From Macrostomum hystrix (lineage: Eukaryota > Animalia > Platyhelminthes): 64,000 nt of DNA. How positions within the stretch are numbered: position 1 is the stretch's first letter; each line of letters opens with the position of its first letter. Where the stretch lies: positions 310,001 to 374,000 of the forward strand of contig CATNEN010000037.1 of assembly GCA_950097015.1 (NCBI GenBank), written 5' to 3'. A program made the position numbers and the translations under genes. This document shows, piece by piece, positions 37,772 to 49,751 of this stretch. The notes under the pieces are model-generated. The model was given only the letters and a program-made list of their open reading frames with translations, made no database searches and was not told the origin of the DNA.

Positions 37772-38205
37772 CTGCGTAAGCAAAATTTCAGGGAAGATGG
37801 GTAGGAAGTAAATTCCCTTTTAATTTTAGTTTAAATTTTCTCTTGAATCGTGACGCGAGTGGTGCAGCCTGATCACAAAACGAATTGCAATATAAGGGTT
37901 GCTTGACTCAATCACACATGTGATGAATTGGAAGAAGTAACACGGATGCAAAATGAGTGAGTGAAGTGAATGAAGTGAGTTGCGACAAGAAGAGACCCAT
38001 AGCCTCTAGCCATGGGTCCTTACTTTTGACTGTTGCTGAGAATAAATATAAGATGCCGTCATTACCAGTGGAAAAACCAAAGGTGTATTTCAAATACCCG
38101 CATTTTCCTGTATGCCCCAAAATATTCAACCAATTACCATGAAAATCCACGACCACGGCCAAAATTATCCACTCTATCCGGTAAAAAACCTGCAAGAATC
38201 ACTAA

Positions 38206-38580
38206 CAATAATAATAATAATAATAATTGTAGGAGGGCTGCGGGCAGTGGCACATCATTTGGTGACACCAGACCCGCAGCCAGCGAGGAGACAATTCTGC
38301 CCATTTCGCTGACTCCTGAGCACACACGCACACAGATACTCTACGCAGGCATACGCTCACACAGGTGTGTACATCTGCCCTGACTTTCTCATCGTCAGGC
38401 AGTGTACACTCTCACTGTGCCTTGGAGGTTGGCCCTCAAGAGCGTAAATTGCTCGACAAGCCCTCAAGCCTTCTCTCCGCGGCTGCGCCTCAAATAAATG
38501 TGGCCTCGCCGTGGAATCGAACTTAGGGACCGTGGTGCGAGAGGCAAACGCGATAACCGCTCTGCCACCGACCCCCCTTT
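38206..38580 (-). mobile_element. tRNA-derived SINE, full length (375 bp) with 12-bp TSD
   Basis: A-box TGGCAGAGCGG (38557-38567), B-box AGTTCGATTCC (38513-38523), (TTA)n tail, TSD AAGAATCACTAA at 38194-38205 and 38581-38592. Confidence 0.92.
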
Positions 38581-38592
38581 AAGAATCACTAA

Positions 38593-39413
38593 ACATAGAC
38601 TTCAGCCGGTGGCTGTCAGGCGCTGTGCTGCCTGTGCTGAGTGGCTGTCACGAGCCGAAGCCGGTTCTCGGTTGTTGAAGTCGGGTCGGTGACGATGCCG
38701 AGGGACGAACGAAGGTAAGATAACGGCCGAGGACCGGAACGAAACGAACACGAAAACGTAGCGGGTACGGTCGGAACGAAAACGGCTGCTCGAAGTGCGT
38801 GCCGCACCACTCGCTTAAATAGAGCCCAGAGTCACGCGCTCACGCCGTGATCGCGTGATTAGCCCGACCTTGAATGTCTAGCTGACCGAGATGCTGGACA
38901 GCCAGATCACGTGCCTCGCCTGCCGATCGGTGATTGGTCGGGAAGGGAGTGGGGTGGGTTCGAGCCCGGGAAAGGGGATGGTTTATTACCTAGGAGTGGG
39001 GTAGGTGCGCGATTACGTAACAATGATTTATGACAAGGAAAACAAAGACGAGGTGGGTGTGTGATTTAAAAATATGAAATAATTTATGGCTATGTGCGCA
39101 ATTGGAAAGGGAGGAGGGGTGGGGGGCACTTGACAGTTGGAAGAGTCATAAATCATGGGGAAGGGAGGGAGGTGTGCGTATTTTTACAGTTGAGGAAGTC
39201 GTAAGTTATGCTAAAAGGAGCGAGTTAGGCGTATTTTGACAGCAAAAAGACAAAGAAAGATTATTTACGACCGAGAAGGGTTTTGACAGCTCAAGGTCGC
39301 AGACGATGAGTCATCGAGGGAGGGAAGGGAAGGGAAAGGAAGGGAAGGGAAGGGAAGGGATGCACGGAAAATATCCTAAAAAAGATTAATATACCCCTAA
39401 AGTCGCTGTTACA
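38593..39413 (-). promoter_or_regulatory. CpG-rich promoter-like segment, possibly a solo-LTR remnant
   Basis: On minus: begins TGTAACAG (39413), TTACGTAA, CCAATC, CACGTG, TATTTAA near 38814-38820, then a CpG-rich tract. No matching LTR end or poly(A) signal found. Confidence 0.3.
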
Positions 39414-39477
39414 TCATACTTTTGAACCAATATGGATTCGCCAAATAGGTTTATACAAAGTAATGTTAGTTGTTCTT

Positions 39478-39605
39478 GTCACCAGGGTCGCTGAATGTCT
39501 CAACGATGCTGACTCGGATGGCTTTGAAAGTTAGTTGATCGTGAAGGGGCGGAACTTTTTTTCATTTGATGAACTTTCTTGAAAATCGGTCATTCGGTTT
39601 GGGAG
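39478..39605 (+). repeat. Unclassified dispersed repeat B, copy 1
   Basis: GTCACCAGGGTC...CATTTGATGAACTTTCTTGAAAATCGGTCATTCGGTTTGGGAG aligns with the reverse complement of 41284-41414. Confidence 0.7.
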
Positions 39606-40464
39606 CCACCGTGAATTTCAAATAGGACCTTTTCTTCTTTTATTGGTATCTTGTAGTTTGATGCTTGCACATTCGAAAAATGGTTTAACTGCTGCTTTCT
39701 AAGAGACCAATAAAAGTTTTCAGTACGAGTGTCTTGTACCAAAAGATAATAACAATTTTTCGGTTCATCCGCATGGATACTGTTCATATCGGTTCCATCT
39801 TAAGATTCTGTCTGCCAAAGCTGTAACTAAGCCAGCTTATGCAAATATTTGCTTCGACTGTTACTGGTAAGCGATCGACTGGACACAATCTGGTAAGCTT
39901 TCAGGAGTAGTAGTTCGCGCAGATTAAAATTTGATTAAAACTCGACAGGGACGTGTCCATAAATGGCGCATGCAAGCAATAGAATAATAAAAGGCATACC
40001 ACAAACGCCTTATGATAAGCAAGGCAACGCACAGCTTACCTCACAAGATCAACAAACTTTTTACCACTGCCGCTTATAAAGTACCTGACAATTTAAAAAA
40101 TTCCAAAGAGAACAAGTTGCATACACCGATCAATTGGACCGCTAACCGCCCACGCATCATGTCGGAACCAATGCGTCCTCCACCATTGCACGGGTCATAT
40201 TCTCTCTTCCTTGATAGAGATCAGAATTAGCTTTTTCCTATGAATCAGCTGCAGGTGCAGGCAGTGTCTTTGCTTATTAGTAATTCAAATTATGACAAGC
40301 AGGGAAAACGTGGGGGCGTTTATTGCGCCCACATGTTGTCCACCGATGGCAAACAGGACAATGAAATAGCGTACACGTATCATTGGAGTGCTCATTAACA
40401 GTAGAACTTCCAAGGATGGACCTTTTTTGCTGCACCTGAACGGAGCAACGCAAGCTCACGAAAC

Positions 40465-40745
40465 TCAAGGAAACGGGCCAGCTTTTTGTTGCGCATCTTC
40501 TGAAACAAGAATTCGCCAGCTACTCAGACTGTTGAGATATTCGATGGTTCTGGCCGAAGGTCGGATTTTTCCCATAAGCTCTAATGTATTTCATACACCC
40601 CGATACACAAGTTAGCACTGCGCCTCAGTGCGGCCTTGCCAGGCCTTCAAAATTGATCAGCATGTCACCCGAATGTGCCCGCCTGCATCATCTCCGTCTT
40701 CGTTGGTCACCTACCTTTATCTAGATGGACTGCTGGACCTTCAAG
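40465..40745 (-). repeat. Unclassified dispersed repeat A, copy 2
   Basis: Reverse complement of 33289-33579. Confidence 0.9.
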
Positions 40746-41283
40746 GGCTACAACAGGTGGGAAGAGGCCACTATGGAATTTCCCCAATTTCACTGATCAA
40801 GCCTAAATATTAGGCGCAGCTCAACCACAGGACACCATCGCCTAGGCTGTCAACCAATCAGTCACAACCCAACGCTGTTAGCATTCAGGCGCTGCCAAAA
40901 AATTACAGGGGTGGAAATTTTTAAAGAAATGACTTCCTGCTAAAAAATGTATTTTGCTTTCAATAATTTCTAGAAGCTCGTTGTAGATAATTGACTTTCG
41001 TTTCTATAGTTTTTCAATCTGAAGGAACAGTCTTTCACTTTTTTTATTTCACTTACATTGCCATTCTCCTTGGCTCGGCAGGAAATTGCCGACTTAGAAT
41101 ACTACTGTAGCAGTAGTATAGTTCAGACACGCTAAATAGACTAGCTACAACAGACAGCTAGCACAGGTAAAGTGGAAAGAAGGTGCTATTTTCCTCTAGG
41201 GACAGACCACGGAAATATTTCAAATACCCTCAGCTGCTTAACGATAAAGATAAGTTAACGATTTGGGAGCTACTTAACGATTT

Positions 41284-41414
41284 CTCCAAAACCGAATCAC
41301 CGATTTCCGTGAAAGTCCATCAAATGGATCAAAATTTTCCGAAATAACTTTTAAAGCCGTCCGGCGTGAATATCGTCGAGATATTCAACGATTCTTGTCG
41401 AAGACCCTGGTGAC
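41284..41414 (-). repeat. Unclassified dispersed repeat B, copy 2
   Basis: Matches 39478-39605 and 41745-41843 (ATCGTTGAATATCT(C/A)GACGAT, CGGAAAATTTT). Confidence 0.7.
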
Positions 41415-41744
41415 AAGGACTGCTATCATTGCTCTGAATAAAACTCAATAGCGAATCTATATTTGTTCATTAATCTGCGTCCATCTGTCGAAGGGACCTT
41501 TGTTCTCAGAATAAACGGAACCAGAGTCTTGGATGCTCCTTAAAAAAGCTGGTCCCGACGGTCGACACCGTCGTGACGGTGATGACGGTGATGAAGGGGA
41601 CCCTGGTGACTGGGATTCTGAGAAAGAATGTCCCTGCAACTGATTGAAATAATTTAAGCAAGCCAACTTGGTTTTATAATGAAATTTTGTTAACATCATG
41701 CCTATATTGGTCGTTTTAGCCATGACCAAGACACCCCGCTGAGT

Positions 41745-41843
41745 ATCGTTGAATATCTAGACGATGCCGATGTTTTGTGATTCTGGAAGGTTTTTCATCG
41801 AATAGTCCGGAAAATTTTAGCCCATGTTCTTGGATTTTCATGG
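41745..41843 (+). repeat. Unclassified dispersed repeat B, copy 3 (diverged)
   Basis: 20 of 21 bases match copy 2 over ATCGTTGAATATCTAGACGAT, followed by CGGAAAATTTT and a similar downstream block. Confidence 0.6.
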
Positions 41844-41964
41844 CGATTAGTCAAATATTTTAGGCGCTAAAGAAAAAAGAAAAATGTGGTATTTTTAAAT
41901 ACTCTGCTTGGACTTTTGACTTGCTAATGAAAACGAAACTTTTAAGGGATATTTTCACGTTGAG

Positions 41965-42390
41965 GACGCAGCGAGGAGGCGGAGGGGACCGCCCATTCCG
42001 CTAACCCCTGGCAAATCAGACGACCTCAGGAGAGGTGATGTTGCTCAGGGTGGCCCGTCGGACTCGCCTGCAGCGTGGTCCTCCGCACTGTCGGTGGGGA
42101 AGACGTTGGCTCGCCCAGTATTCCGGAGGTACCGGGCAAGCTGAGGGATGCTCTCGAGCCTGCAAGCATCGGAGAGAGTTGGGTTTGGCCCAAGGTGTTC
42201 AAGCCTTGCCCTGGTGAAAACTGGGCAGTGGCAGATAAAGTGCTCGGCGTTTTCACTGCCTGAGCTACAAAATATGCATTTGTCCTCCAGGAGCTGGCCC
42301 TGGAGATATCGATGCCGAGAAAAACAGCCATGCCCTGAGAGGGCCATGCTGACTGCGCGGAGATCTCTGCGGTTCAGCTTTTAGAGGGCA
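41965..42390 (-). mobile_element. 5'-truncated non-LTR retrotransposon (LINE) 3' end, R1/I-group-like
   Basis: KLNRRDLRAVSMALSGHGCF...CIFCSSGSENAEHFICHCP is the C-terminal CCHC region of LINE ORF2; stop at 42045-42047 followed by a short 3' UTR. Confidence 0.85.
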
Positions 42391-43057
42391 CGAAGTTAAA
42401 GTGCTTCGCCCTGCTATTTAGGTAGGTCATTTTACCATAGGCTCATGCGGTACACTTTAATGTGCTTGCTAATTCGAAAAAAATTCAGTTTTATCAAGGG
42501 TGCTTTCCTTTCCTAAAAAACCTTGAACAGGTTGATCAAACTGCACTCCATTAATGTGTGATCCGCATACAAGTGGCCGCGGACGTCTGAGAGAAAGTGC
42601 ATTGCATTCGGAACTGATCTGTGTTCTACGGCTCCAGCACTAGCTGAGGCTTCATGGCGAATCAATTTTTTATAGGCTATGCAGATACAGGCCAAGCCCA
42701 TTCTGAGCCATGTTCGCGCATCTCAACAGCCTCTTCAGTGCATCTGACCGCACCTGAGGATTGAGCGCAGATGTTTGGCTATCGAGGATGGCAGGTCGGA
42801 ATTGTCCTCATAACCGAATTGAATTCTTTTCCCCTTTGGGGACAGGCAGCAGTTTGGAGTGCATCCAATATCTCGCATCCGTGCGCATCTCCCAAATTTG
42901 GTCTGACATTTTCAGCACAGCCTGCGTCTGAATTCGCACCCCGAGGATCTACAAAAGCAGAATATTATCTCTAGACAGTCAAAGATGCCTTTGAATTAAT
43001 AAGTCCTACTTCTATTATGTGCGATTCACACGAGACTTTAGATTACACGATTGTTAC

Positions 43058-43212
43058 CGTACCACCTCACAATGATACCGTACCATCTCACAATGATACC
43101 GTACCATCTCAAAATGATACAGTACCATCTCACAATGATACCGTACCATCTCACAATGATACCGTACCATCTCAAAATGATACAGTACCATCTCACAATG
43201 ACACAGTACCAT
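43058..43212. repeat. 21-bp minisatellite, about 7 copies
   Basis: Unit TCACAATGATACCGTACCATC. Confidence 0.9.
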
Positions 43213-43234
43213 TTAAAATATATACTGTACCCGC

Positions 43235-43526
43235 GGGTTAGAGGTAGAGCGATCTAACGTGTTTGCCTCTCGCACAAAGGTCCCTGAGCTCGATTCCGCG
43301 ACGAAGCCACATTAATTTTGGGCGCAACCGCAGAGAGAAGGCTTGGAGGCTTGACGTGCATTCACGCCTTGGAGGCCAATCTCCAAGGCACAGTGAGAGG
43401 CAGTGTACACTGCCTGATAATGAGAGATGCTGGGCAGATGTACACACCCGTGTGATCAGTTTGTGCCTGTGTACAGTATGTGCCTGTGCTCGGGAGTCGG
43501 CTGAATGGGCAGAATCGCGTCCTCGC
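43235..43526 (+). mobile_element. tRNA-derived SINE, 3'-truncated, between two related 21-bp arrays
   Basis: Head GGGTTAGAGGTAGAGCG...GAGCTCGATTCC, family body, ends mid-tail at GAATCGCGTCCTCGC. Confidence 0.85.
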
Positions 43527-43692
43527 ACTAACATACTGTACCATCACACTAACATACTGTACCATCACACTAACATACTGTACCATCAAACTAACATACT
43601 GTACCATCACACTAACATACTGTACCATCACACTAACATACTTTACCATCACACTAACATACTGTACCATCACACTAACATACTGTACCATC
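43527..43692. repeat. 21-bp minisatellite, about 8 copies
   Basis: Unit ACACTAACATACTGTACCATC. Confidence 0.9.
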
Positions 43693-45172
43693 ACACGAAG
43701 ATACCGTACCGTTGCGTCAACATTCGGTACTTATCTCTCAATCGTTAAGGGCATATGCTCAACATGAGATTTTTGTTATTTTCGCTGTTCTATTGATCTC
43801 TCCTCGCCTGCTTGACCATCCGGGCCCGTTGTCTGCTAATATAATCAAGCGCATTCAGGCAGGGGACCTCCCCCCCGGATCTCAGCTAAGGAAAAAACGA
43901 ATTTGTATGGAGCCAAGCCACTACCTATCCATCCGTATGAGGGGACTGGAGCACTCCCTCGGGATTGAGTGAGCACCATACTCTCTCTCTCTCCACGAAA
44001 TGGGGCTCGGGTTCTCCAAACGAAGACGACGGGCGGGGCTGCTGTGCGCCGGATTTTTGATCCCGGATGTGAATGATGATCGAGCCGCTCAGGAAGCTTG
44101 GGTTCCGCGGCCCTGTGGAAGCTTAGATAGCGGCGGCAAAGCTTTAGCTATCGGTGGAAGCAGAAAATAACCGAGAGAAATGAAAAAAAGATTGCTCTTA
44201 TTGAAAGAGGAACAGAGAATCGACACGCCAGTCTGTGCATTGATTGAGGACCGGCTAGTCGCCATCCCTGTCAGCTCGGACCTTTTTCTGACTCCATTCT
44301 CCCTTTCCTCTACTTTCTTCTGACGAGTTGAGTGGGACAATTCTCTGTCAGGGGGGTGGGTATAAAGGAAGACAATTAGAGAGTGCGTGTGAGACATGTG
44401 CGAGTTGGGATAGAAACTTCGATATCCCTTCCCAGACTTAGATCGATTTGAGTGCAAGCTGGTACATGGCAGCTACTAAAGCGGAGGTACGACGCACTCG
44501 TATTTTTCCCAACTATGAAGCGGTTATTATTAACTTAGAGGACAATAATTCTCTATAGCTAATGATCAATTCCACACAGCTTTTAGTGACCTTAAAGATT
44601 TAGATCTACTTGGTTATCGACGCACTTCAGTACGAATTTTTTATTGCACAATCACGAAGCCTTTTTGTCTTAGTTGGCCCATTTACGATTTAAATATGAA
44701 CTGTATTTAAATCTGTAACTAATCGAAATAGTACTTAATCCTTCAGCTTTAATGTTGCGAATATATTTTCTGTCCATGGACAGGGGAGGGGGCGCCACAT
44801 TCACAAAATTTTTACTTTAGCTAATGCTGCTTATCCATATCACAGATGGCTGGCTGCAGTTAGATAACTTTGAAATAATTCAGGGAAAAATGGTATGTCG
44901 GGTAAACATATTTGCAAGATTAAAACTGCGCTTTCACCGCTTTCTGACAGTTAAAGTTCGAAGTTCGTGAAATCATCTATCTTATTCATGAATGATTAAT
45001 CTTGTTTCTGTAAACTGAGAGAATTTCACCAATTAAAAGCGATAATTTAGTTTACGATTACTACTATTGATAACTATGGCGACTATGATCAGATAGATAA
45101 TGAGCAGTTAGCTATGGCTTAATTTTTATACGCTTATATGTATTTAGTTTCATGTGACCCATAATCTACCAA

Positions 45173-46391
45173 TGCTAAAGCTATTATCAGTCAATGCTGA
45201 AGCTATGATCAGTCAATGCTGAAGCTATGATCAGGCAATACTGAAGCTATGATCAGGCAATACTGAAGCTATGATCAGTCAATACTGAAGCTATGATCAG
45301 CCAATACTGAAGCTATGATCAGCCAATACTGAAGCTATGATCAGTCAATACTGAACCTATGGCCAGTCAATGCTGAAGCTATGATCAGTCAATACTGAAG
45401 CTATGATCAGCCAATACTGAAGCTATGATCAGCCAATACTGAAGCTATGATCAGTCAATACTGAACCTATGGTCAGTCAATGCTGAAGCTATGATCAGTC
45501 AATGCTGAAGCTATTATCAGTCAATGCTGAAGCTTATGATCAGTCAATGCTGAAGCTATGATCAGTCAATGCTGAAGCTATGATCAGTCAATGCTGAAGC
45601 TATGGTCAGTCAATACTGAGGCTATGATCAGTCAATACTGAGGCTATGATCAGGCAATGCTGAAGCTATGATCAGTCAATACTGAAGCTATGATCAGTCA
45701 ATACTGAAGCTATGATCAGCCAATACTGAAGCTATGATCAGTCAATACTGAACCTATGGCCAGTCAATGCTGAAGCTATGATCAGTCAATGCTGAAGCTA
45801 TGGTCAGTCAATGCTGAAGCTATGATCAGTCAATGCTGAAGCTATGGTCAGTCAATACTGAAGCTATGATCAGTCAATACTGAAGCTATGGTCAGTCAAT
45901 ACTGAAGCTATGATCAGTCAATGCTGAAGCTATGATCAGTCAATGCTGAAGCTATGATCAGTCAATGCTGAAGCTATGGTCAGTCAATGCTGAAGCTATG
46001 ATCAGTCAATGCTGAAGCTATGGTCAGTCAATACTGAAGCTATGATCAGTCAATACTGAAGCTATGATCAGTCAATACTGAAGCTATGATCAGTCAATAC
46101 TGAAGCTATGATCAGTCAATACTGAAGCTATGATCAGCCAATACTGAAGCTATGATCAGTCAATACTGAAGCTATGATCAGGCAATACTGAAGCTATGAT
46201 CAGTCAATACTGAAGCTATGATCAGGCAATACTGAAGCTATGATCAGTCAATGCTGAAGCTATGATCAGTCAATACTGAAGCTATGATCAGGCAATACTG
46301 AAGCTATGATCAGTCAATACTGAAGCTATGATCAGGCAATACTGAAGCTATGATCAGTCAATACTGAAGCTATGATCAGCCAATACTGAAC
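45173..46391. repeat. 22-bp minisatellite, about 55 copies
   Basis: Unit GCTATGATCAGTCAAT(A/G)CTGAA. Confidence 0.97.
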
Positions 46392-47373
46392 CATGCCTTA
46401 GATGTTTAAAATGCTAAGAATCGCCGCTAACTAAGAACGAACCCTTCCACGAACCAGCTCACTCATGCAATCCTCCTACTATTAGTTGCTGCTGTCGTCT
46501 AGTGTTGATATATTCTGAAGGCAAAAAATGGATCAGATTAGAGTTGCTGGGTGTGAGTAAATCTTTTCGCCCAGCAGAAAATTCAGTACCAAATTCGCTT
46601 CTGTACAAAGTATCACTTCTTGGGAATTAGTAGAATTCTCCCATAATCAGCGCGGTGAAGTATGGGGCGAGTTAGTGTAAGGGATTTCGGCATGGGACTC
46701 TGCGCAGTCTCCCTATGGCAACTTTAATGACTCAGCCGCGATCGGAACGCGCGCCACTAGGCTAAGCTGGGGGCGGAGGGGAAAGCGTGCCCGGGTAAGT
46801 GGACGAAACGAAGGTAGAGTGAAGGCATGAGAGAGACCGCGGATGAAGACTCCTTTTTAGTGTTATTCCCTTCTTTTTCTAAACCTCAATGATGGTCCTA
46901 CCCAGCGTCTATCTGTCTCTCAGGACCACGCCTGCGCTGCCCTCCCGCCAATGCAGCATTTTCTCCATGCCTCCTTTCCCCTACAGATTATCCTCTCCTA
47001 CTTCGCATCCCGATTTTCGTCTGTGTGCCCCTCTCTCTCTCTCACTACGGCGTCAATTGGCGGCCGCAGCCCACAGCCAGTGTCCAGCGCTGCTGCCTCC
47101 CCCCATACCCATGCCATCTATCTCTCATGGGGATCCGTCATGAGGCTCCTCTTTGGGGGGCAGGCGCACGTGGAGAAGGGGAGAGAAGGGGCAGGGAGAA
47201 AATCAGTTGGGATGCGGGCATGAATGGCCCGCTGAGACTACGCAATATAAAAAGGGACCCAATAAAGTCCTTTCTGAGGACCCAGAAAGCCCTGATTCAA
47301 CAACGGAGGGGAGGAAAGTCCGGGACCCGGATCGCTCCCGAGCCCTCCTTGATATTTTTCACTCCTCGGAGCC

Positions 47374-48326
47374 ATGCCGATGATCAAGGTGAAGACAAAG
47401 CGGCAAGGCAGCCTTGGCCAGGTTCCGGTCGTGCAGCCCACAGTTCCGGCGAGCTCAATCCGGCCTAAGGAGGAGCCCCAAGTTACTAATCGGATGCCGA
47501 GGGCGCCGATTCCGATTGTAGTTGAGCACATCGCAGACTCAGACGGCGAGGACGAAGAGATGGGAGATCTGAGCCTGGAAAATCCTTTCTGTCGAAATAA
47601 GCACCGGTCGAACAGCTACGACGTCACAGGATGCTGTCAGGACGAACTGCAGCCACCCAGCTCACCTGACGATAACGAAAGAGATGGCTGTGGTGGCGGC
47701 GGTGGAGGCAGCGGTTACGGCGGAGGTAGCAGTGCAGGTGGTGGAAGCAGCGGTGGTGGCGCAGGCTTAGGCGCCAGCTCGAACGCTAGCGGCTCGGGTC
47801 GATTCTTCCGCAAACTGGTGATTCCTAGCTTGCACAGAAAGCGGGGCCGCTCGTTGGAGATACCAAGAATTTGTGTCCACTGCGCCTACCTGGATGAGCT
47901 CCAAGGAAGCGGCGCCGATGCAGCTGCGACAGATTCTGACTCGGAAAACTCGGAAAATGGTGACCAGCAGCAGCCTTGCGCCAGTGTAAACCAGTTGCAG
48001 AAACCTACTCAAGCGGGAGATCATCCCACCGCTGCCACCAACTGCTCAGTCAATAGCAACCTGCTCCAGGTGCCCACCGAGCCGTTTCTAGGGCCAGAAA
48101 AGAATCGTTCCAGCTCGGTGGACGCTGCCTGGTGTCGCCGCAAAGCAAGCACACAAAGCGCCAACGGCCTGGAGCTCGAGCCCCAGCCGATTCGGCTGAC
48201 GGTGCCGGCACCAAAGCCCAGGGCTACATCTTTCGACGTCTCCTTCTGGTCGCGTGTAAGACAACGCAAGGACTCGGCGTGCGCCACTTCTCCACCCCAG
48301 GAGCAGGGGATCAGCAAGGCCACCGC
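47374..48326 (+). CDS. Probable long first coding exon of the DGK gene (low-complexity N-terminus)
   Basis: 318-codon ATG-led ORF ending GCC ACC GC|GTAAGT (phase 2), compatible with the phase-2 acceptor at 54490; assignment to DGK rests on phase and position. Confidence 0.7.
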
Positions 48327-49751
48327 GTAAGTGAAATCAAAATGAGTTTGACCGACCAACAACCTGCTTTTGCTTCTTAAGTGTAAATTTAGTTGCCAAT
48401 CACATCTACCCAGCTTCTATTGAGTTAAGACTATAGTAGGCGTGAATCCTTCGTAAGGCTATACAGGAAATTATGTTCGATTCCACTGGCAAATGACCCC
48501 TAATCAATTTATATTTCATTCACACCGTACACCGTATTCATTCAGATTTAAAATTAGTCCGCACTTTATAGAAAGCTGCTAGTACCGATCAACATTGTAT
48601 TAATAATTATATAAAACTACTCGTAAAATGAAATGACGATAAAATGGTTGATTGACGAATACTGCAAGTGCAACCAGGGTTTTTGCAGTTCAGCGAGGGC
48701 AATATGCATGAGCAAAAGTTGCAGCCACATGGGCGTGGCACAATGCAATTTTACGAGATCTAGTATTCCAGTAGCAAATAGATAGATTGAATACAAATAA
48801 ATGATTTAGAATTCAATAAGCTATATGTATGGCATCTGGCATCAACGTCTGGCATCTGGCGCTCGTATTTCCATCGCGCTCACTTTGTCCGATCAACTAC
48901 GCCACCAGCATTGGCTGTAGGAGGTTGGATGGGTGCAAGTTGTGGAAGCGTGAATTAGAAAAGCAGAAGCTTCGGTCCCCGCGCGCACTAGCAGCCTACT
49001 ACGGCCGTCAGTCACTTTGTTAAAGAAAGAAATAGGTGCTGATGAAGAGGACCAGAGTTAGTTCAAGTTCTGCCTTGCGTGACTCTTTAAAGTCGGCTCT
49101 GTGATGGGGATCCGGGCTCATCGGGCGCAGGCTGAAGTAATATTTGAAAGAGAGGAAGAGGCGCAGCTTACTGTTTTGTAATTATATTAGTATGAATGCT
49201 CAGGTGGTCAATAGCAAACTAAAGAGGTGGTCTGCCTTCTAATTCCCTACCTCGCTCTATCCTCTAATCTAAAGGTAGGGGGGCGTTTGCCACGCGTAGG
49301 CAGGGCTTCATAGCTTCAACCTAAGAAAGTAATAAGTGCAGGTTTAAATGTTGTCTATTTACATTATAATTGCAAAACATTTTGTGCGAACCATTACCAC
49401 CATCTCATTTCAGGCTGGTCCAGTTCATGTAAGACACTCGTGTTAGATCTGTAGGATTGCATTCTCGAATTTTATTGTTGAAATGCTTTGCGCGACTTTT
49501 TCTTCAAGTTCTTATTGAGCGACTTTGTTTCCTGCACGCACTGAATGCACGTGAATTTCATTAACAAAGTTTACTCGTTATACAATGTGACTGCGCGGTC
49601 AATTCTTCAGTGTCTCTTGGAATAACTAAAGCGTGGTAGAGCAAGCAGCGTAGGGAGATCATTTACAAAAGTACTTCTTTCACAACTTAATGGGAAGTTA
49701 AGCGCCACGGAACGGTGCAATTGCTGTGTGTTTACCTGTCTCCTTGGATAG

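Noticed and set aside
38957-38967. tRNA gene (perfect B-box GGTTCGAGCCC)
   Set aside because: No A-box at a proper distance and no cloverleaf; SINE heads were likewise not called as tRNA genes because their stems are decayed.
44070-44330. C/D box snoRNA (ATGATGA)
   Set aside because: No D box at a typical distance and no terminal stem.
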